In this document: one piece after another, positions 63,475-64,000 of the stretch | Numbering within the stretch: position 1 is the first letter of the stretch | Layout of the letters: every line of letters starts with the position of its first letter | Source of the DNA: Mobula hypostoma | Taxonomy: Eukaryota | Assembly: GCF_963921235.1 (NCBI RefSeq) | Contig: NC_086097.1 | Location: forward strand, 214,832,001-214,896,000 | DNA length: 64,000 bases | Reading direction: 5' to 3' | Notes under the pieces: model-generated | The model's database searches: none | Seen by the model: the letters and a program-made list of their open reading frames with translations, nothing else | What the model was told of the DNA's origin: nothing | Program-made: the position numbers and the translations under genes

Positions 63475-63957
63475 GCAAACTTCTACAAAAGATGACAAAA
63501 AGTAGTGGATACAGCCCAGTCCAGCATGGATAAAGCCCTCCCCATCACGGAGCATAGCTACTTGGAGCACTGTTGCTGGAACAGGAAGAAGGTACAGGAG
63601 GCTCAACACCCGCACTACCAGGTTCAGGAACAGTTATTACCCCTCAACCACCAGGCTCATTGATCCAGAAGGGATAACTTCACTCACCCCATCACAGAAC
63701 TGTCCCCACAACCTAGGTACTCACTTCTGGACTCTTCACCTCATGTTCTCATTATTCATTGCATATTTTATTATTATTATCATCTTTTTGTATTTGCATT
63801 ATTTGTTGTCTTTCACACACTGGTGTTTTACTGTTTTGTTGGGTGCAGTCTTTCATTGATCCCTTGTATTTACTATGAATGCCCGCAAGAAAATCAACCT
63901 CAGGATTGTATATGGTGTCATATAAGTAGTTTGATAATAAATTTACTTTGAACTTTA
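63475..63957 (+). mobile_element. Rex/Babar 3' end
   Basis: accaggttcaggaacagttattacccctcaacca; tail aataaatttactttgaacttt; homologous to 22120-22640. Confidence 0.8.
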
Positions 63958-64000
63958 AAATCTATCCTTTGCACAAAGACAACACAGGATAAATTGTCTT

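Noticed and set aside
1..64000. Prokaryotic systems (CRISPR, retrons, defence-associated RTs), rRNA or tRNA genes
   Set aside because: All RT ORFs are vertebrate non-LTR types. The only tRNA-like sequence seen is the SINE head, and there are no spacer-repeat arrays.

Overview
Eukaryotic (vertebrate) genomic DNA. The repeat content (abundant CR1, Rex/Babar, Penelope, Tigger-like, CORE-SINE) suggests a cartilaginous fish, probably a ray; this is inference. Most of the window is one ~48.9-kb intron (6355-55263) of a + strand NKAIN-family gene, best match NKAIN3. A 61-nt coding exon lies at 6294-6354 and the terminal coding exon starts at 55264. Much of the rest is retroelement debris, often nested several layers deep. 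It includes three long, young CR1 copies with uninterrupted RT ORFs, two near-full-length decayed CR1s with ORF1, Rex/Babar, RTE, L1, Nimb/I, Hero and Penelope fragments, one clear and one probable solo LTR, a Tigger-like DNA element and a tRNA-derived SINE. Most interesting observations: (1) a conserved U-UUA-AAC slippery heptamer at the CR1 ORF1/ORF2 junction in four divergent copies, with ORF2 in the -1 frame; (2) Penelope-borne minimal hammerhead ribozyme motifs; (3) a ~1-kb duplication bracketing the last NKAIN3 exon that preserves empty insertion sites; (4) a 1876-bp near-perfect inverted CR1 pair inside the intron. Family names come from recalled protein motifs, not database searches. 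Boundaries of decayed repeats are approximate.
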